Of a stretch of 64,000 bases of DNA, positions 1-25,613 are shown piece by piece. Origin of the DNA: the human T2T-CHM13v2.0 reference genome, Homo sapiens; NCBI RefSeq assembly GCF_009914755.1, contig NC_060935.1; one strand, given 5' to 3'. Under the pieces are notes generated by a model that had not been told where the DNA came from, did not search any database, and was given only the letters and a program-made list of their open reading frames with translations. Within the stretch, counting starts at the first letter, position 1. Every line of letters begins with the position of its first letter. Made by a program: the position numbers and the translations under genes.

Positions 1-275
1 CATGTTGGCCAGGCTGGTCTCGAACTCCTGACCTCAGGTGATTCCGCCCCCCACCACCGCCTCAGCCTCCCAAAGTGCTGGGATTACAGGTGTGAGCCAC
101 CGCGCCCAGCCTGAGAACTATTTTTAATTGGGAAGCTGAAGTTCGGGGATCACTTGAACACGGGAGTTCAAGGCTGCAGTGGGCCAAGATTGGGCCACTG
201 CACTCCAGCCTGGATGACAGAGACAGACCCCATCTATAAAAGTAAATAAAATAAAATAGAACATTTTTAGAGGAA

Positions 276-452
276 GTAATAGCTAACATTATCGAGCACT
301 TAGGTCAGGTGGTTCTCTGAGTACTTTGCGCATAGGAACTGACTTTATTCTCACAATACCCTATAAAGTAAGTGCTGTTAGTATTACAGTTGTACCTGCT
401 TTACAAGTGAGGAAACCACCACAGACAGATTAAGTAATTTGCCCAAGGTCTT
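276..452 (-). mobile_element. MIR SINE
   Basis: aatagctaacatt...gaggaaac...ttaagtaatttgcccaaggtc is the reverse complement of the MIR core and 3' end. Confidence 0.75.
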
Positions 453-593
453 TCTAAAACAGCACTCTAAATCAAGCATTTAAGCTCTATCTTTCTGTAG
501 CCCAAGGTTAAAGATAAGGAGATTCAGGTTTAGAGAAACCCTAATTGGGAAAGATGAATAATTAGAGAGAAAACTGCCTGCAAAGATTTATCT

Positions 594-872
594 GGCCAGG
601 TGGCAAGGTGGCTCATGCTTGCAATCCCAGCACCTTAGAAGGCTGAGGTGGGTGGATCACCTGAGGTCAGGAGTTTGAGACTAGCCTGGTCAACATGGTA
701 AAACCCTGCCTCTACTAAAAATACAAAAAGTAGCCAGGTGTGGTGGCGGGGGCCTATAATCCCAGCTACTCAGGAGCCTGAGGCAGGAGCATCGCTTCAA
801 CCCAAGAGACGGAGGTTGCAGTGAGCCAAGATTGCATCATTGCATTCCAGCCTGGGAAACAGAGCGAGACTC
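594..872 (+). mobile_element. Alu (S-type), lacking a poly-A tail
   Basis: ggccaggtgg...ggatcacctgaggtcaggagttt...gagcgagactcc. Confidence 0.9.
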
Positions 873-942
873 CTGGGGGTGGCACTGCAGCTGAGTTGAC
901 AAAGATAGGGAAAGCTGAGGGGAAAAATGGGAGTTTTAGCAC

Positions 943-2312
<1,370 letters not shown>

Positions 2313-2494
2313 GCACTCAATCAGAAGACTAGTTACAATTACAGCAACCACAGGTTCCAGTTTGCCTGGGGCAATCTGATTTTCCCTTGTTTTCCCGGTA
2401 TGCTTATCAGTAACTCCTCCTTTCTCAAATTTCCAGATTTGAATGATAAAGCAGTTTCATCTTAAACTTAAGCAAAGGTCCTAGAGAATATTGA

Positions 2495-2833
<339 letters not shown>

Positions 2834-3527
2834 CCAGAAGCCTTATAGATACAGCAAAAATGCAAATTGTGAGCCAAGTCTGAGAAATATGCTTTATTAA
2901 CAAGCACTGGTTAATCTGTTTCTAAAGAGCACAGATGGGAAACAGAGGGCACCTCCCTGAGAGTGGATGGGATCATTTATTGCCATAAGTTTCATTTGCT
3001 TAAAGGACTGCAGCTTTTTCACTTTTGTAAAGGATTGTAAACCAACAACTATTGGCATTTAAGATTAGGATTTAAGGATGCCAGATGGCCATCCCTTGGG
3101 AGATAGAGATGATGTGGAGTTGGAAGAAGAGACAGTATTTGATGGCCCCTGCCAGAGGGGTAAAATGCTAAGGACTGAAGTTGAGTGGGTCTTTTTTGTT
3201 TCCATTTGTGAGGAGAGTTCAGAATTTCAGACCTGAGATGGCCGTGGAAGAACTCTGAAGTCCTGGAATCATTGTTTTTTTTGTGGTATTTGTAGTCTCC
3301 TATACTTCTCCAGGAGTAATCCATAGCAAGAAACTTAAAACCAAAGGAACAGGGTGCTTAATATAAAGACTGTTTGGACTTTTCCACCATTTTTTGTGTA
3401 GAGAGGGTGTCAGTTGCTCTAAGGAGAACAAGTATTGAAATCTGGAGCCAGCAGATCAGAGAATTAGTCTATGCAAATGAAGACTTTCTGGTAACAAAGA
3501 ATAAAAAGCTTTAGAAAAGGACTTCAG

Positions 3528-4459
<932 letters not shown>

Positions 4460-4734
4460 CTAGCCATGTTATTTAAAGTGGAGGAGTCTCAACTTTTATT
4501 TCCTCAGCTTTGTGGAAAGATGAATAGTATTACCAACAACTCTTCTATTATACTAAATATTCTTATTTCATTGGCAAGACAGAGAACGGAATGATGGCAA
4601 AAACCAACCCTATCTGACTTGATCATGATGAATCTGAATGATCTAGTTATGAGCTTATCTGAAGAACATAATGAAAATATTTTGAACGTTATGTGTTAGC
4701 ACTTGAATACTTTTTAATTTTAATTTTAACTATG

Positions 4735-5175
<441 letters not shown>

Positions 5176-5423
5176 CTGGCCAAGTTTTAATTATTAAATT
5201 TAAAGAAAAAAACTAAATATGCATTGCTCAAACTGGAAAGAGTAAAGAGCCACTTTTCTATCACTTTGAGGACACTACTGAATAAGCATACACATTCAGA
5301 GCAGATTCTGGGGATTGCCAGAGGGATTTCTTGGAACAAAATTTGTTTAACAAACATGACACTTTTGTATCATATGAGAAAAGCTATGACATATCTCTTG
5401 CCTTTTCTACCCATGTACACAGG

Positions 5424-6073
<650 letters not shown>

Positions 6074-6120
6074 AGATGTTGGGGGTCTCTGTGTTGGTTT
6101 TCATAAAAACTAAAAATCTA

Positions 6121-10900
<4,780 letters not shown>

Positions 10901-12216
10901 TAATTGTCTTCTGAAGGAATAAGAAACTTAGTGCCTCCCGTGTGTCTGTGCTGTCTCTGAAACAGAAACTGATAGTGGTCTTTCTAGATCTTTTCAGACC
11001 TCCGTTCCTCTTCTGCACTCCCTCTCTTGGCTTCCCTGCACTGTGGCTTCCAAGGCCCACACCTAGGACTTTTGTTGGAGACGTCTCCTTGGCTACTAAA
11101 GCTTTGTCTGCCCAGGAAAAGACCAGGAAATATCTGGGAGTTCACTCCCTGTTCCCCTTAGCCAACAGCTGACAGGTGGGAGTGAGAGTGTGCAGGCCAG
11201 CTTCCCTTGTGTGGTTTTCACTGTCAAGTTTCCCTGAGGGTTCAAGCTGAAACCACGCTCCCCTTTCCCAATTTCTATTGGGAGTATTTCTAAAATTGAT
11301 TGCTTGTACACAAAGCCTTATTATAGGTATGTTTCAGGGAAACCTAATCTAAGACAGTCAGCGTTACAGAGTTTTATCCCTCCTGTCAATATTAAAATTT
11401 GATATGGCTTTTAATTTTTTTAACTTTTAATTAAATTTTTATTTGACCAAGAGAAAACTGTCTAGAATTGTCTGACATTTAAAATCCACTTAAACAAAGC
11501 AGATTACCACCTTCAAGCATCACAATTATTCAGCATAAAGAACCTTTGTTGAAACATCTTTCTCATTTATTTAGGAGGAAAAATAAATCTAGAACAGAAC
11601 CAAACAAAACTTTTTTATTTTTATTAAAAAATTCCAATTCTTAAAATACCATGAACCATCTACTGAAACTGTACTTCAACAAGGGGCAGGATTTATCTCA
11701 AGGCCATGTTCACCTGCAACCTGCTGATAAATCTCTTTTAGAAAACTTAAGTGGCTCTACTGCGATTATTGACTTGTGTCTGCTCCACTTGACTGTATGC
11801 AGATCGAAAGCAGGGTTGGTGCCTTCATAATCTCTAAATAATCTGAACATGGAAACGACTGCTTTGTGCTTTTAAAGAGCTCATATACTTCTAGTCCTGT
11901 TCCCTGGGGCATCCTCTGAAACCTGATACACCAGTCTGCCTACCAGGACACTGTGTTACTGGCCCGCTGGGTGGCCAGAGACGAGCTTTACTCTACTAGA
12001 AGACGCAGTTAGTCCCTCTGGGGTCCTATCTTCGTAGTAAATCCCTGATATGGCTTTTAATAATATTGTTTATAACTTTTCAGATGTGCAGAAGACTTAT
12101 TCCCATTCTTAGGAAGACAGTAGGAAAGTTACACTGTAACTTTCACCCGTTCACCCTCTCTTCACCCAGCTGAATATCAGTATTCAGCATAAATGCCATT
12201 TGTGAAAAGTCACTGA

Positions 12217-12517
<301 letters not shown>

Positions 12518-14614
12518 TTACTGAGTCAGTTTCCCAGGAAACTTGGGAGCTCCTAGGGACCAAGAGTTTGGAAGAATTGCAGTAAGGAGGTAGGAGGAAG
12601 GAACTGGCCGGTCATAAGCTGTGTGAAAACAGATCGAATGGGTTGGTGTGGATTGGTGCTGGTGAACGCAAAGAGGAGAATTTACAGCAAAGACGAATAG
12701 TGGTGACATGAAGAGAGGCCTGAAATGACTTTGAAATCATTTGAAAGTGCACTGTATAATAAAACTTAAAATGAGTTGGCATAGTTTTCTGGGGTTGCGC
12801 AGAATTGGTTAAGGCAGGCACGACAGCCACCACAAGGTGGTGCTCTGATTATATTCACAGCCACCAACTCGAATTTCCTTAGAGCTTTACAGTTCCCCAC
12901 TCTGCTCTCAGTCTTTCTGGGCTCTAACTAGGGGTCTGTCACACTCCAGCCATACTCAGCCAGCCTATTATTAGTGCCAAGCCTTCCTCCTGGCGCGATG
13001 ACAGTGTAAATTTCAGCAATGGCAGAAGGGGGACAAATACAGCTGTTGTGCATTTTAGAATAATTGCTATAGGCCATTTGGAGACAGATTTATAATAACA
13101 GCACTTATACAGACTTATACAATATTTCACTTTCCTATTTTATCCCCGGTCAACACTCTGCATCATGAACTTTTGAATTCTTTCAACTCATGTGAGTCTA
13201 GAATTATCTTCCCCCAATTTTACAAAGTGAGGCTTGCACCCTCCCCCCGACCCCGTTCCCAGAAGGCACCATGCACTCTCATCTCAACCTCCAGCCCTTT
13301 CATGTGCAATTCCTTTTGCTGGGAGCTCCGTTCACCCTCTCCCCACTCAGATGAATATCAGTACTCAGCACAAATGCTATTTGTGAAAAGCCTCCACCTA
13401 CTCCCACTCCAAGTCTGGGCTCCTTTCTTTGCCTGGGTCCTCTCCAGTTCATCCATCTATAGGCGTTTCTCTCAAAGATTTCTTATCTGTCACCTCCAAT
13501 CCACCTCTCCCCAGCTTTCTTATCCATAGATTGTCAATGTCTATCACAATTTCCTACTTACTAAGTGGATGAATGAATGAATAAATAAATAAATTTCTAA
13601 AGGATCAAAGATCTTTCCTCATCTTGAGTCATAGCAGAGATGGAAATATCCAGAGATTTACACCTGAACCAGAACATCTCACTGGCTGCAGTAATTGACT
13701 GCCTTTCCCCAGAAAATGTCTAAATGGGTCTAAATGGAAATGTTGGGGGCCCTACAGTGAGCCATAGATCAGGGGAGATCCCCCAGTGCTGGCACAGCAA
13801 GACTTCAAGGCCCATAATCTGTGCAGAAGATCTAAACAACATAGTGTACAGGGTAAGACTGTCTGTCGTATATTGTAGTCTCACTAAGCGGTTTCTTGGA
13901 ATTGATGTCATTGGGAGCGTAAACAGAAGCAGCAAGCTTCTGTGTTCCTCCAAGTTCCTTCCACCTTCTATTTTCCTCTAGCTTTTGGGGTACATCTTAC
14001 CCCCAAGGACTGTAAAATCTCTGAACTTGGAGTACACTCTGAGTGAGTCAAAGGGACTCATGATCTGCCTGCACCGGTGTCTCATGTTTGTCTTTTGCAC
14101 TAATTGCTCCCTGGTTCTGGAGCAAACCAAATAAAGGCAATCTTGCTTCAGAACCAAGTTGTCATTCTCACCCATCCTTTGTGAAATGGGTGGTGAGTGT
14201 ATCTCATCTTGGATGTGGTTATGAAAAGGCTGGATTCCTCTTGGCATCATCTTTCTGGCATAAACCAGAATTCTTTTCTGTTCATTTGTTAATTCTTTCT
14301 TCCCTGTTTTCCTCCCATCTTTCTGGAACACTCAATGAACACTTACTAGGTGCCAAGCTCTACGATGGAGATATAAAGCTGAATAACACAACATTGCTCC
14401 ACCTTCAAGGTATTCACCAAATTCTAGACTGACAGAAAAGTAAACAAATACTTATAACACACCTGAATGAGTACTGTAATGTAGGAATATATGAGGCCTT
14501 GTAAGATCAAGGGAGTGGTCACAGCATGTAGTTAGATGTTTTGAAAACAGCTGGTGGGAGGGGTCCTGGTGGGAGTGTTTGCTGATTTCCATGTGACAAA
14601 TTTTGTCATTATGA

Positions 14615-14622
14615 CTTTCTTC

Positions 14623-14687
<65 letters not shown>

Positions 14688-15075
14688 TTCCTTCCTTCCT
14701 TCCTTCCTTCCTTCCTTCCTCTTTCTTTCTTTCTCTTTTTCTCTCTCTCTTTCTTTTTCTCTTTCTTTCTTTCTTTCCTTCTTTCTTTCTTCTTTTGAGG
14801 CAGAGCCTCACTCTGTTGCTAAGGCTAGAGTACAGTGGCACAATCACAGCTCACTGCAGCCTTGACCTCCCCAAGCTCAGGTGATCCTCCCACCTCAGCC
14901 TCCCAGCTAGCTGGGGCTACAGGCACGCACCACGATACCCAGCAATTTTTTTGTAGTTTTCGTAGACACAGGGTTTCACTACGTTAGCCAGGCTGGTCTT
15001 GAACTCCTGGGCTCAAGTGATCTGCCTGAGTTAGCCTTCCAAAGTGCTTCCAAGGTGTGAACCACTGCTCCTGGC
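14615..15075 (-). repeat. (TTTC)n/(TTCC)n microsatellite expanded from the tail of an antisense AluJ
   Basis: Pyrimidine tract at 14615-14795 followed by the Alu body. Confidence 0.9.
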
Positions 15076-16275
15076 TGACTGATTTCAATTTACCAACTGA
15101 TATCACTGGAAACAAATGAAAAAACAATGGTCTTTTTGATCAGTGAGAGCTGGCTCCAGCACGTGACCATGATTTCAGCCTTGTGAGACCCTGAGCAGAT
15201 CTGTTCATTCTGTTCCTGGACTTTTGACCTACAGGACTGTGAGCTAGATGAGTGCTGTTTTAAGCCCATAAATTTGTGGTAATTTTTAATGCAGCCGTAG
15301 AAAACTAACTCAATGCTGTTTAAACCCTCTTTAAGGATGTGAAAACTAAGGCTTAGAAGCAGTAAGGAGTTTGACCAAGGCCATGAGCATCTAGCAAGCG
15401 ATGAAGCTAGGATGCACAATGAGGTAAGTCTGACTTGAAGGCCTGGGACCTTATATCTTATGCTCTATGACCTCCCATAGAAAACCATGACACAAAAACC
15501 ACGAAAGGCCAGAACCATGAGGGACTCCATTCCCTTGTTTATTTGTTTACTTTTTAAGGACCGTAAAATGTGCATTATTATTAAAAATGAAATTCTAAGC
15601 TAGAGGAAAATCGAATGCTGAGTGTGTCTTTGGACTTGAGGTGCCTCCTCTGTGGTTAGCTTGATATTGATTTCAGAGGAAAACACTGTGGAGTAACAGA
15701 AATTTCATATGGGACTCTACTCATTAAATGTTTGAGTTTGGCTGGAATGTCCATTTCTGCTTTTTTCCTCCAGCCTGACCAGATGTGCTCAGAAAATTTG
15801 GTTCCCCGAATATGTACATCTGTCAAAATTCCTGTCAATTTTAGCATGACTGCCAAGGGAGTGAACAAAGAGAGTTAGCGATTAACTTCAAAGAACTTTG
15901 TTGGAGAGGAATAAAGATATTTAAGGCCTATTTTTTGAACTAATTGCATTTGCATATTTATGGGATTTACTGATATAGCAGTAATTAAAAACTATTTAGT
16001 AGTCTTAAAGGACGCATAACTCAGTTGCTGTTTGCATAATAAACACTTCCTTATTATGTTTGCATAATAAACCCTCTCCCCTTGCTTCTTCCAAAAGACA
16101 TCGGTCGATCTAATAGGTGCCATATCTTACTTGAAAATAATGGAGAAACAGAGTGCAAAGGCTCATGGGGATGTGAAGTGGGGACTTCTAAAAGAAATAT
16201 ATTTTCAGGTACTTTCTTAATGATGGGCTTGGCCTGAACTTCTGTAAGAGAATCGCAGATTCAAATCCCAGATTA

Positions 16276-16650
<375 letters not shown>

Positions 16651-16663
16651 TTACATATACTGA

Positions 16664-17395
<732 letters not shown>

Positions 17396-18504
17396 GTGGA
17401 TGAAAAATGCTGTATGTAAGATAGTGAGGAGGGACCATTTTTGTGAAAAACTGAAGGGTGGGGAGAGGAGCAATACCAAACCTAAAAGAACTGAGTATGA
17501 GCTGGGTGTAGTGGTGCATGCCTATATTCCTAGCTACTGGGGAGGCCAAGGCGGAAGGATCACTTGAGCTCAGGAGATCAAGACCAGCCTGGGCAACATA
17601 CCAACACCTCATCTCTACTAAAAAGAGAAGAAATTAGCCAGGTGTGGTGGCACACACATATACTCCCAGCTATGGGAGGCTGGGATGGGAGGATTGCTTG
17701 AGGCTGGGAGATGGAGGCTACAGTGAGCCATGATCACACCACTGCATTCCAGCCTGGGCGACAGAGTGAAACTCTGCCTCTTAGGGAAAAAAAAAAAAAA
17801 AGCTAAAAGTACTGAGTAAACAAAGTCCAGACAGGACACTAAGATTAGAAAAAGAAAGATCTAAGCCAGCTGACAGTACAGAGCAAGGCTGTCAAGGAAA
17901 GATCAGGAAGCATTGTATATAAACTACTTTGAAGACAAGTCACTCATACAAAATCATTGCCATCTTGACAGAATTCATCAGCCAATAAAGAGCCATAATG
18001 GGCAGGATTACTAGACTGTTGTTAAGTTAGCTAATGAAAGTTGTAATGTACCTGTATTACACATCATTAGTAATGGCCTTCCAGTAACAGATGGGCATAT
18101 CAGAAAGTGCAAAGAAAAGGGAGGGAAGCACGTCCCCAGAAGGTTTGACTTAGAGTCATAGCTTACTACAATGCATGGCAAGAATGCAATGTCGATCATC
18201 GCCTCAATTAAACCTTTGCATAAAGGGATGCTTCTGCATTGCTTTCCCATAAAAACTGCTACCTACATAGCTATATTGCCTGTAGCTTGCCTTTCTCTTG
18301 TCCTAATTCATCCCATAAGTAGAAGCTGACAATTCAAAGAACTGATAGGAAGAGCTGAGACTTTGAGGGCCAGATCAGTCCTCTATGATCTTCCCTCTTG
18401 ATGAAGCCCCATTTATCTGCCCACCCTCTCTAAAGAGTATTTCTCAGATAAACTTTCCATAACTGTGTACCAAAGTTCCTCCACCAAGTTACATTTAAAT
18501 TACT

Positions 18505-20210
<1,706 letters not shown>

Positions 20211-20849
20211 AATTAGGCTACATTTTATTGGTAGATGAAAATTAGGTGTAGAACTTCATGGATTCTAAACAAAGGGACTGAGTGATTAGGAGAATAGGAA
20301 TCAAATATATACTTTCCCCCCTTCGGTTGGCTCTGTGAAAATTTATATCAAAATTTGCCTCTATAATCTCATTTTTAATAAAAAAGCAGGCAGATGTTGG
20401 AAATGGTATTTGTTTTTTCTTTCTAGAGCATCTGGGGGTGTCTAGAAATGGAAAATAGTGTTATTGTATAGAATTATGCATCATGTTCCTTAGTAATGAA
20501 AAATGAATGCGTATTCAATCAAAAAGTGAAAAAAAAACTTTTATTAAATGATGTTGAACTTTGTTTTCATCTTCAATAAGCCTAGAAGCATCCTTTCTAG
20601 AAGGTTACTTTCTGAATTGTGAGCAGTGAAAATTTGAGAAGCCCTCCTATTTATCAAAAGTCAATGTTTCTTTTAATTAAAAGGGCTTAGGAAAAACAAA
20701 AAGCACTTTTCCATTGCATTGTTTGCAGTTGTTCTTCATTAGACAATACCAGGTTTCCATTAGCCTTGTGTAATTCAAGAGCCCAAGAACCACTGTCAAA
20801 TGCTGAAGATGTTACTGCATAAGTCTGATTTAGAACAGCTATTTGGATT

Positions 20850-21271
20850 TCAATTATTAATGAAATTAGTGTCCTGAATGTCAGCAAGAGCACTGCCTTA
20901 GGTAAAGGCTGTAAAGGAAATCATATTAGTGTGGAATTTCCTCTCCTTAGGGGCTCCTCTTAGATTACATTATTCACTTAGCTATCTCCTGTCAGGAAAA
21001 TGGAAATGTTGGCCACGGTCTGATCTTGGGGCAGAACCAAAGGGAGAAGTTAAGGGATTTCATGACGGCATCAATTCCAAAACATTTGCATGGTGCTGGT
21101 ATTGCCTTTGGTCCCACTGAGTGTTTACAAAATAGCACCAGTAAGGATAGCATCAACTGGCAAACGGAGAAGGAGGAGAACAGAGTGGAGAGGAACCCTG
21201 TTAGGAGAAATTGAGCGGCATTCCATCTGGTAGGCAAGTTTGCATTTCTCCTTTTTGGGATCTGCCCAGGA
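20850..21271 (+). promoter_or_regulatory. HTR3B proximal promoter / 5'UTR, including AAG at -102..-100 (21170-21172) and an ATTTGCAT octamer (21084-21091)
   Basis: Repeat-free sequence immediately upstream of the ATG; GGAGAAGGAGGAG places AAG exactly at -102..-100. The TSS cannot be fixed from sequence alone. Confidence 0.7.
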
Positions 21272-21323
21272 ATGTTGTCAAGTGTAATGGCTCCCCTGTG
21301 GGCCTGCATCCTGGTGGCTGCAG
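21272..21323 (+). CDS. HTR3B: HTR3B coding exon 1 (signal peptide MLSSVMAPLWACILVAA-G)
   Basis: ATG at 21272; donor CAG|gtgagt at 21324. Confidence 0.97.
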
Positions 21324-22639
21324 GTGAGTCCTTTTAATAATTTTACTAGGCATTAAGGATTAACTCTTAGAAGATAGAGACAATATTTGTATACACCGTA
21401 CTGTAGGACTTCTCAGGCATGTTTGTTTTTATTCATCGTCTGTAAAATGCCAGTCCTGTGAAGCTATATGGAAAACAATGATTTGTTTGTGACTTGGCTC
21501 CTATGATTGCAAATACGTATACATATAGCATCAGACTGTGGGGCTTTTTACACATAGCTGAAAATATGCTCTGAAATGTTATAATTGCTTGATAAATCTC
21601 TGCTTCTCTAGAAATCAAGCTCTCTGCAGGTTGATTGAGAGTTTGGGGCATTCTTTTTCAAATTTGCTTTTATGTGTGGATAATATGTTTTTATTATCCA
21701 AAATAGTCTTGGCTTCATTATCAGCTGTTAGCAGCCCAGAGAAAAAGTCCACTAGATTTGTCATGGCTACAGATATATGTATATCATTTTGGTATTAGAG
21801 GCCTTAACATCTCGCCTTACAAAATCTATATAGGTGATGAGTATATCTCTAAAGACAGGTACTATAAACTGGTAAGTTTTGAGTCTACAATTCCTCTTAA
21901 AAGTAATTTAGAAGTTAATACTTTTTTTTCTAAATTTCTAGAACTATATTTCCATGGCACCAGTATTAACTCTACTGAATTGAATCATTTTAGTTAGGAT
22001 ACAATTGATTCTTAGTACATGCGCACAAATCAAGAATTTATGATTATGCTGGTGTTCTCAACACCCCACTTTCTTGAGGTTTCTCCTAGAGCTCATATCT
22101 GAATTCTCAAGTTTTAGGATGTAACTGGAAGTGGAATGAGTCAATTATAGAGATGAGTTAGAAATTTGGTAGCCAGGAAGCTGGAAATGATTTTTTTATT
22201 GGGTAGAGAAGAAAAATAGCCACTTATCATTAAAGTATAAAAATCCTGGATGTTGAACATAAAGGATAAAAGCATATCTTAATTGTAAAAAATAAAAACA
22301 GAGGAAGTGTCATTAAATGCCAAATGGGTTTCTTAGTAGAAAATAATCGTGAACATTAAACTAAGATAAAATAGAAAAATGAAGGTAAGAAAACAGACTA
22401 AGTTCTTAACAATATCTCTCTAATGTTTTGTATTATGCATGATTTTTGTTCTAAATGTAGCAGAAAGAAGTGTTTTAATAGTGTCTGATAACCAGTGCTT
22501 TACCATAAATCATTCCGTGGATACTTGTTGCAGAAAGACCTGCCCTGTGGAATTGTACTGGGTTTTACTATGTTTACTTTACGTATTTTACTATATTTAC
22601 AAATCAAGATGATTTGTTAAGTGTAAGAGCACGGAACCA

Positions 22640-23255
22640 ATCCCAGGGGGCAGTGTGCTGGTATAGAAGGAGGCCTGAACAAGGAGAGCCAGCTAATTCC
22701 TGCTTCACCACTCACCAGCCACGTAACCCTGGGAAGTCAATTAATCTCTTAGAGACTCAGTTTTCCTGTAAGCTAACTTTATTTTGGATATTCATGACAA
22801 TCAGATAAGACAGCATTGTTAAATTGTAAGGTGAAATGCAAATGTAAGATATTATTAACCTGAAAACACATGCAGAAAATACCACTGGCTATTTCTGTCC
22901 AATAATATACTCCATACAACATGTCAGTCTTCTTTTTGAAAGGTTACTTGCTGTTGTTCCTGATATTCTCAGGGAGCCAGGTTACACTTAATCATGTAGC
23001 GTCATGATTAAGAGCTTGGACTTCGAATCCAGACCAGCTGTGTGTAAATATCACTCCCTTCACTTGCAAGCTTCATGACCTTGGGCAGTGCTAAGCTCAC
23101 TATGCCAATAGTCCCTCATCTGCAGGAATAGTGCACTCCTCACAGAGCTGTAGAGTACCTGTCTCATAAGTTTGTTGGGAACTTTGAAGGAGATCATTCA
23201 TGTGAGGACTTAGCCTGGTGCCTGGCATACAGTCAGCATTCAATTAGTGTTAGGA
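22640..23255 (+). mobile_element. Two MIR SINEs in intron 1
   Basis: ctcagttttcctgtaa; gattaagagcttggac...ccctcatctg...gtgcctggcatacag. Confidence 0.7.
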
Positions 23256-25613
23256 ATTCAATACATAAATCTCATTTCCTTTTAACCTCTCAGATATATG
23301 TGTAACTCTCTTATAATCCTACAGATACATAGTGACTAAAGCAAGAATAGTGCTTTCCATCAAAGTGCCCTGAACACTTTAAGATAGGTGCATGGGAGAG
23401 TAAGTCATTAAAACAAGGAAAACACAGGAATAATTTTACTGTGTTCTTATCTTCCTCCTTTTCAATCTCTCTTCACCTGCAAGTGCTTCATAGCTCAGTC
23501 CCTAACACATTCTACTTTCCAGAAATCTTACAAGTGAATCATTTGAAGCTGATTATTAGCATTCAAGAAGGCAGTTTTGGCGAGGAATCTTTTCTGGGTC
23601 TGTTGATAGCTTCCATCAGTGTCTGTTGAAACATCACTGAACTGTGAGTCATTTAGTGCTTGTGTGAATGTCACATTAGCTTTCAAGGGGCATAATTTAC
23701 TGTTAATTAATGGTCACTTAAATCCTTAATCTCTCTCCTGTAATTGATCTTTCTCCTCAGGCAAATTTGCATTCATAGTAGAAATGTAATTTATTATTTC
23801 TTCCCATCTTAAACAAAGAACTCTTTCCCCTTTTGGTTTATTTAAGCATATTTCCATTTGCTTATTATTTTTCTCCTTTCAGTGCTTGATTCTCTTTTGT
23901 TCCTAGTCCTAGCTTCCAGAACTTTCTCTTTTTAACCAAGATTTTGACCCATTCTAGAAAACATGAGTTTATCCATAGGGAATCTATGGATTGCTTCCTA
24001 GACAAGATCGCAGAGGGGAATTTGAGTCTTTGTGAGCAGACAGTGCGAGGAACACATATTCATTTCTCAGAATTATGTTTTAATGCTGTCTCGGGTAATT
24101 TCCTGTATTGAAACATACTCATTTCGGTGTTTCCCCAACTGAGACTTGAATTGGGAGCTTCCAAGCGAGGTAAACGTGAAGCTGCCCACAGCAAAGTTGG
24201 CAGGAAAAGCACTGGGACAGCTTTGCCTTGTGCTCCTGACTTCCCTCCCCTGGGGTACACCAGCGAGAAATGTTCTCAGGTAGAGAGATTCACAGCACAC
24301 TTTTTGACAATAACAGTTCACAAAAACCCTACAAATGATGCCTGATGCAAGCCACACACCTTAGTCCTGCACGCCTGAATAGCTAACGCCATTTTAGGCA
24401 TCTTCTTGGGTGGATTGTTAGGGAGTTAAAATGCTCATTAGATTCCCAGTTCCGACGGTAATGAAAGTGTATATTGCACTGCCCACAAGGAGTCTGGCAT
24501 TGTACCTCCAGCATTGTTGTTAGCGTTTTGGTCACACTGACATTGTTAAATCATAGAAATTGCTGCCTGTAGCGGCAAGTGACATGACATCATTCATAAA
24601 GAAATGGGTATAAACAGGATTGTCGCACAGGGAGAAGCGATCTCATTTACAGTTTCCTGCTGGATCCCTCATACCTTTGGCAGCTCATCAAAATAACCAT
24701 CAAAACCACTGACAGCCCAGGCAAATTCACACGCAGGACACTACAGAGAGATTTCACTCACGCACTTTGTCAGGAGGTGTGCAATTTGCTTCGGTCCAAT
24801 GACTGAGTGAAGCATTGAATCCCCTAAGGGCTGGCAAAGCTTGTGAACAAAATATCTTTTTGCAATTCAGAGAAAGCCCTCACAAATTTGTCACTTCCAA
24901 TTGCTGGTGCTCATTTCTCTTGCTTCCCTTCCTCTGGCCTCCCTGGCCTCAACACCAGTCACAGCTCCTCTACAAATCAAGATTTTTGGGTCAGAAGAAA
25001 TGGTTGTTCCCTGGAACCAGAGAGAATTTTCTCAAAACAAAGATCTCATTTTCTGACAAGTGCATTTTATTTAAGGACAGATGAAATGAGAAAAGAGATT
25101 TTTGAGGAGAAAAGTACAAATTGGGCTCTCGTTAATCCCTTTATCTAGAAATCTATACAAGTTTTTTGGGTTAATGGGTTTCTTCATGTTTTTTTGCTTG
25201 ATTTTTCTATTGAATTTTTGAATTACGCATGAAAAATCAAAAGAAAAACCAACGCGGGAGTTAAGTTTTGGCTAAGTGTGTAGGTGGGTTTTTTCTAGAT
25301 GCTAGGAGAGGATGATACAGGAATAAAGAAATTATTCTGTCTCCAAAATGCAAGATTGTTGTAAAATGGAATTGTAGGTACAGTTTTCCAACCTTGGAGA
25401 TGGCGTTGATTTACTTGTTTTTACAATGAGGTTTCTCCATTGGGCACTTAGGCCATCAGCTTACTTTAAGCATTTGCCAAAGGCCCCACCAGCTGGCTGT
25501 GAATTGATGCAGATTTTGGTGAGCTGAAAGCTATATTCTAGTAAAAGCCACCGAGTCCTGAACAGTCTGAAACCTCCTAAAGAAACCAAGCTCCTCTTAC
25601 TTTTATCTTCACA

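Noticed and set aside
14452-14865. K/E/R-rich and F/L/S-rich ORFs (also 50600..50905)
   Set aside because: Translations of (GAAA)n/(TTTC)n microsatellites.
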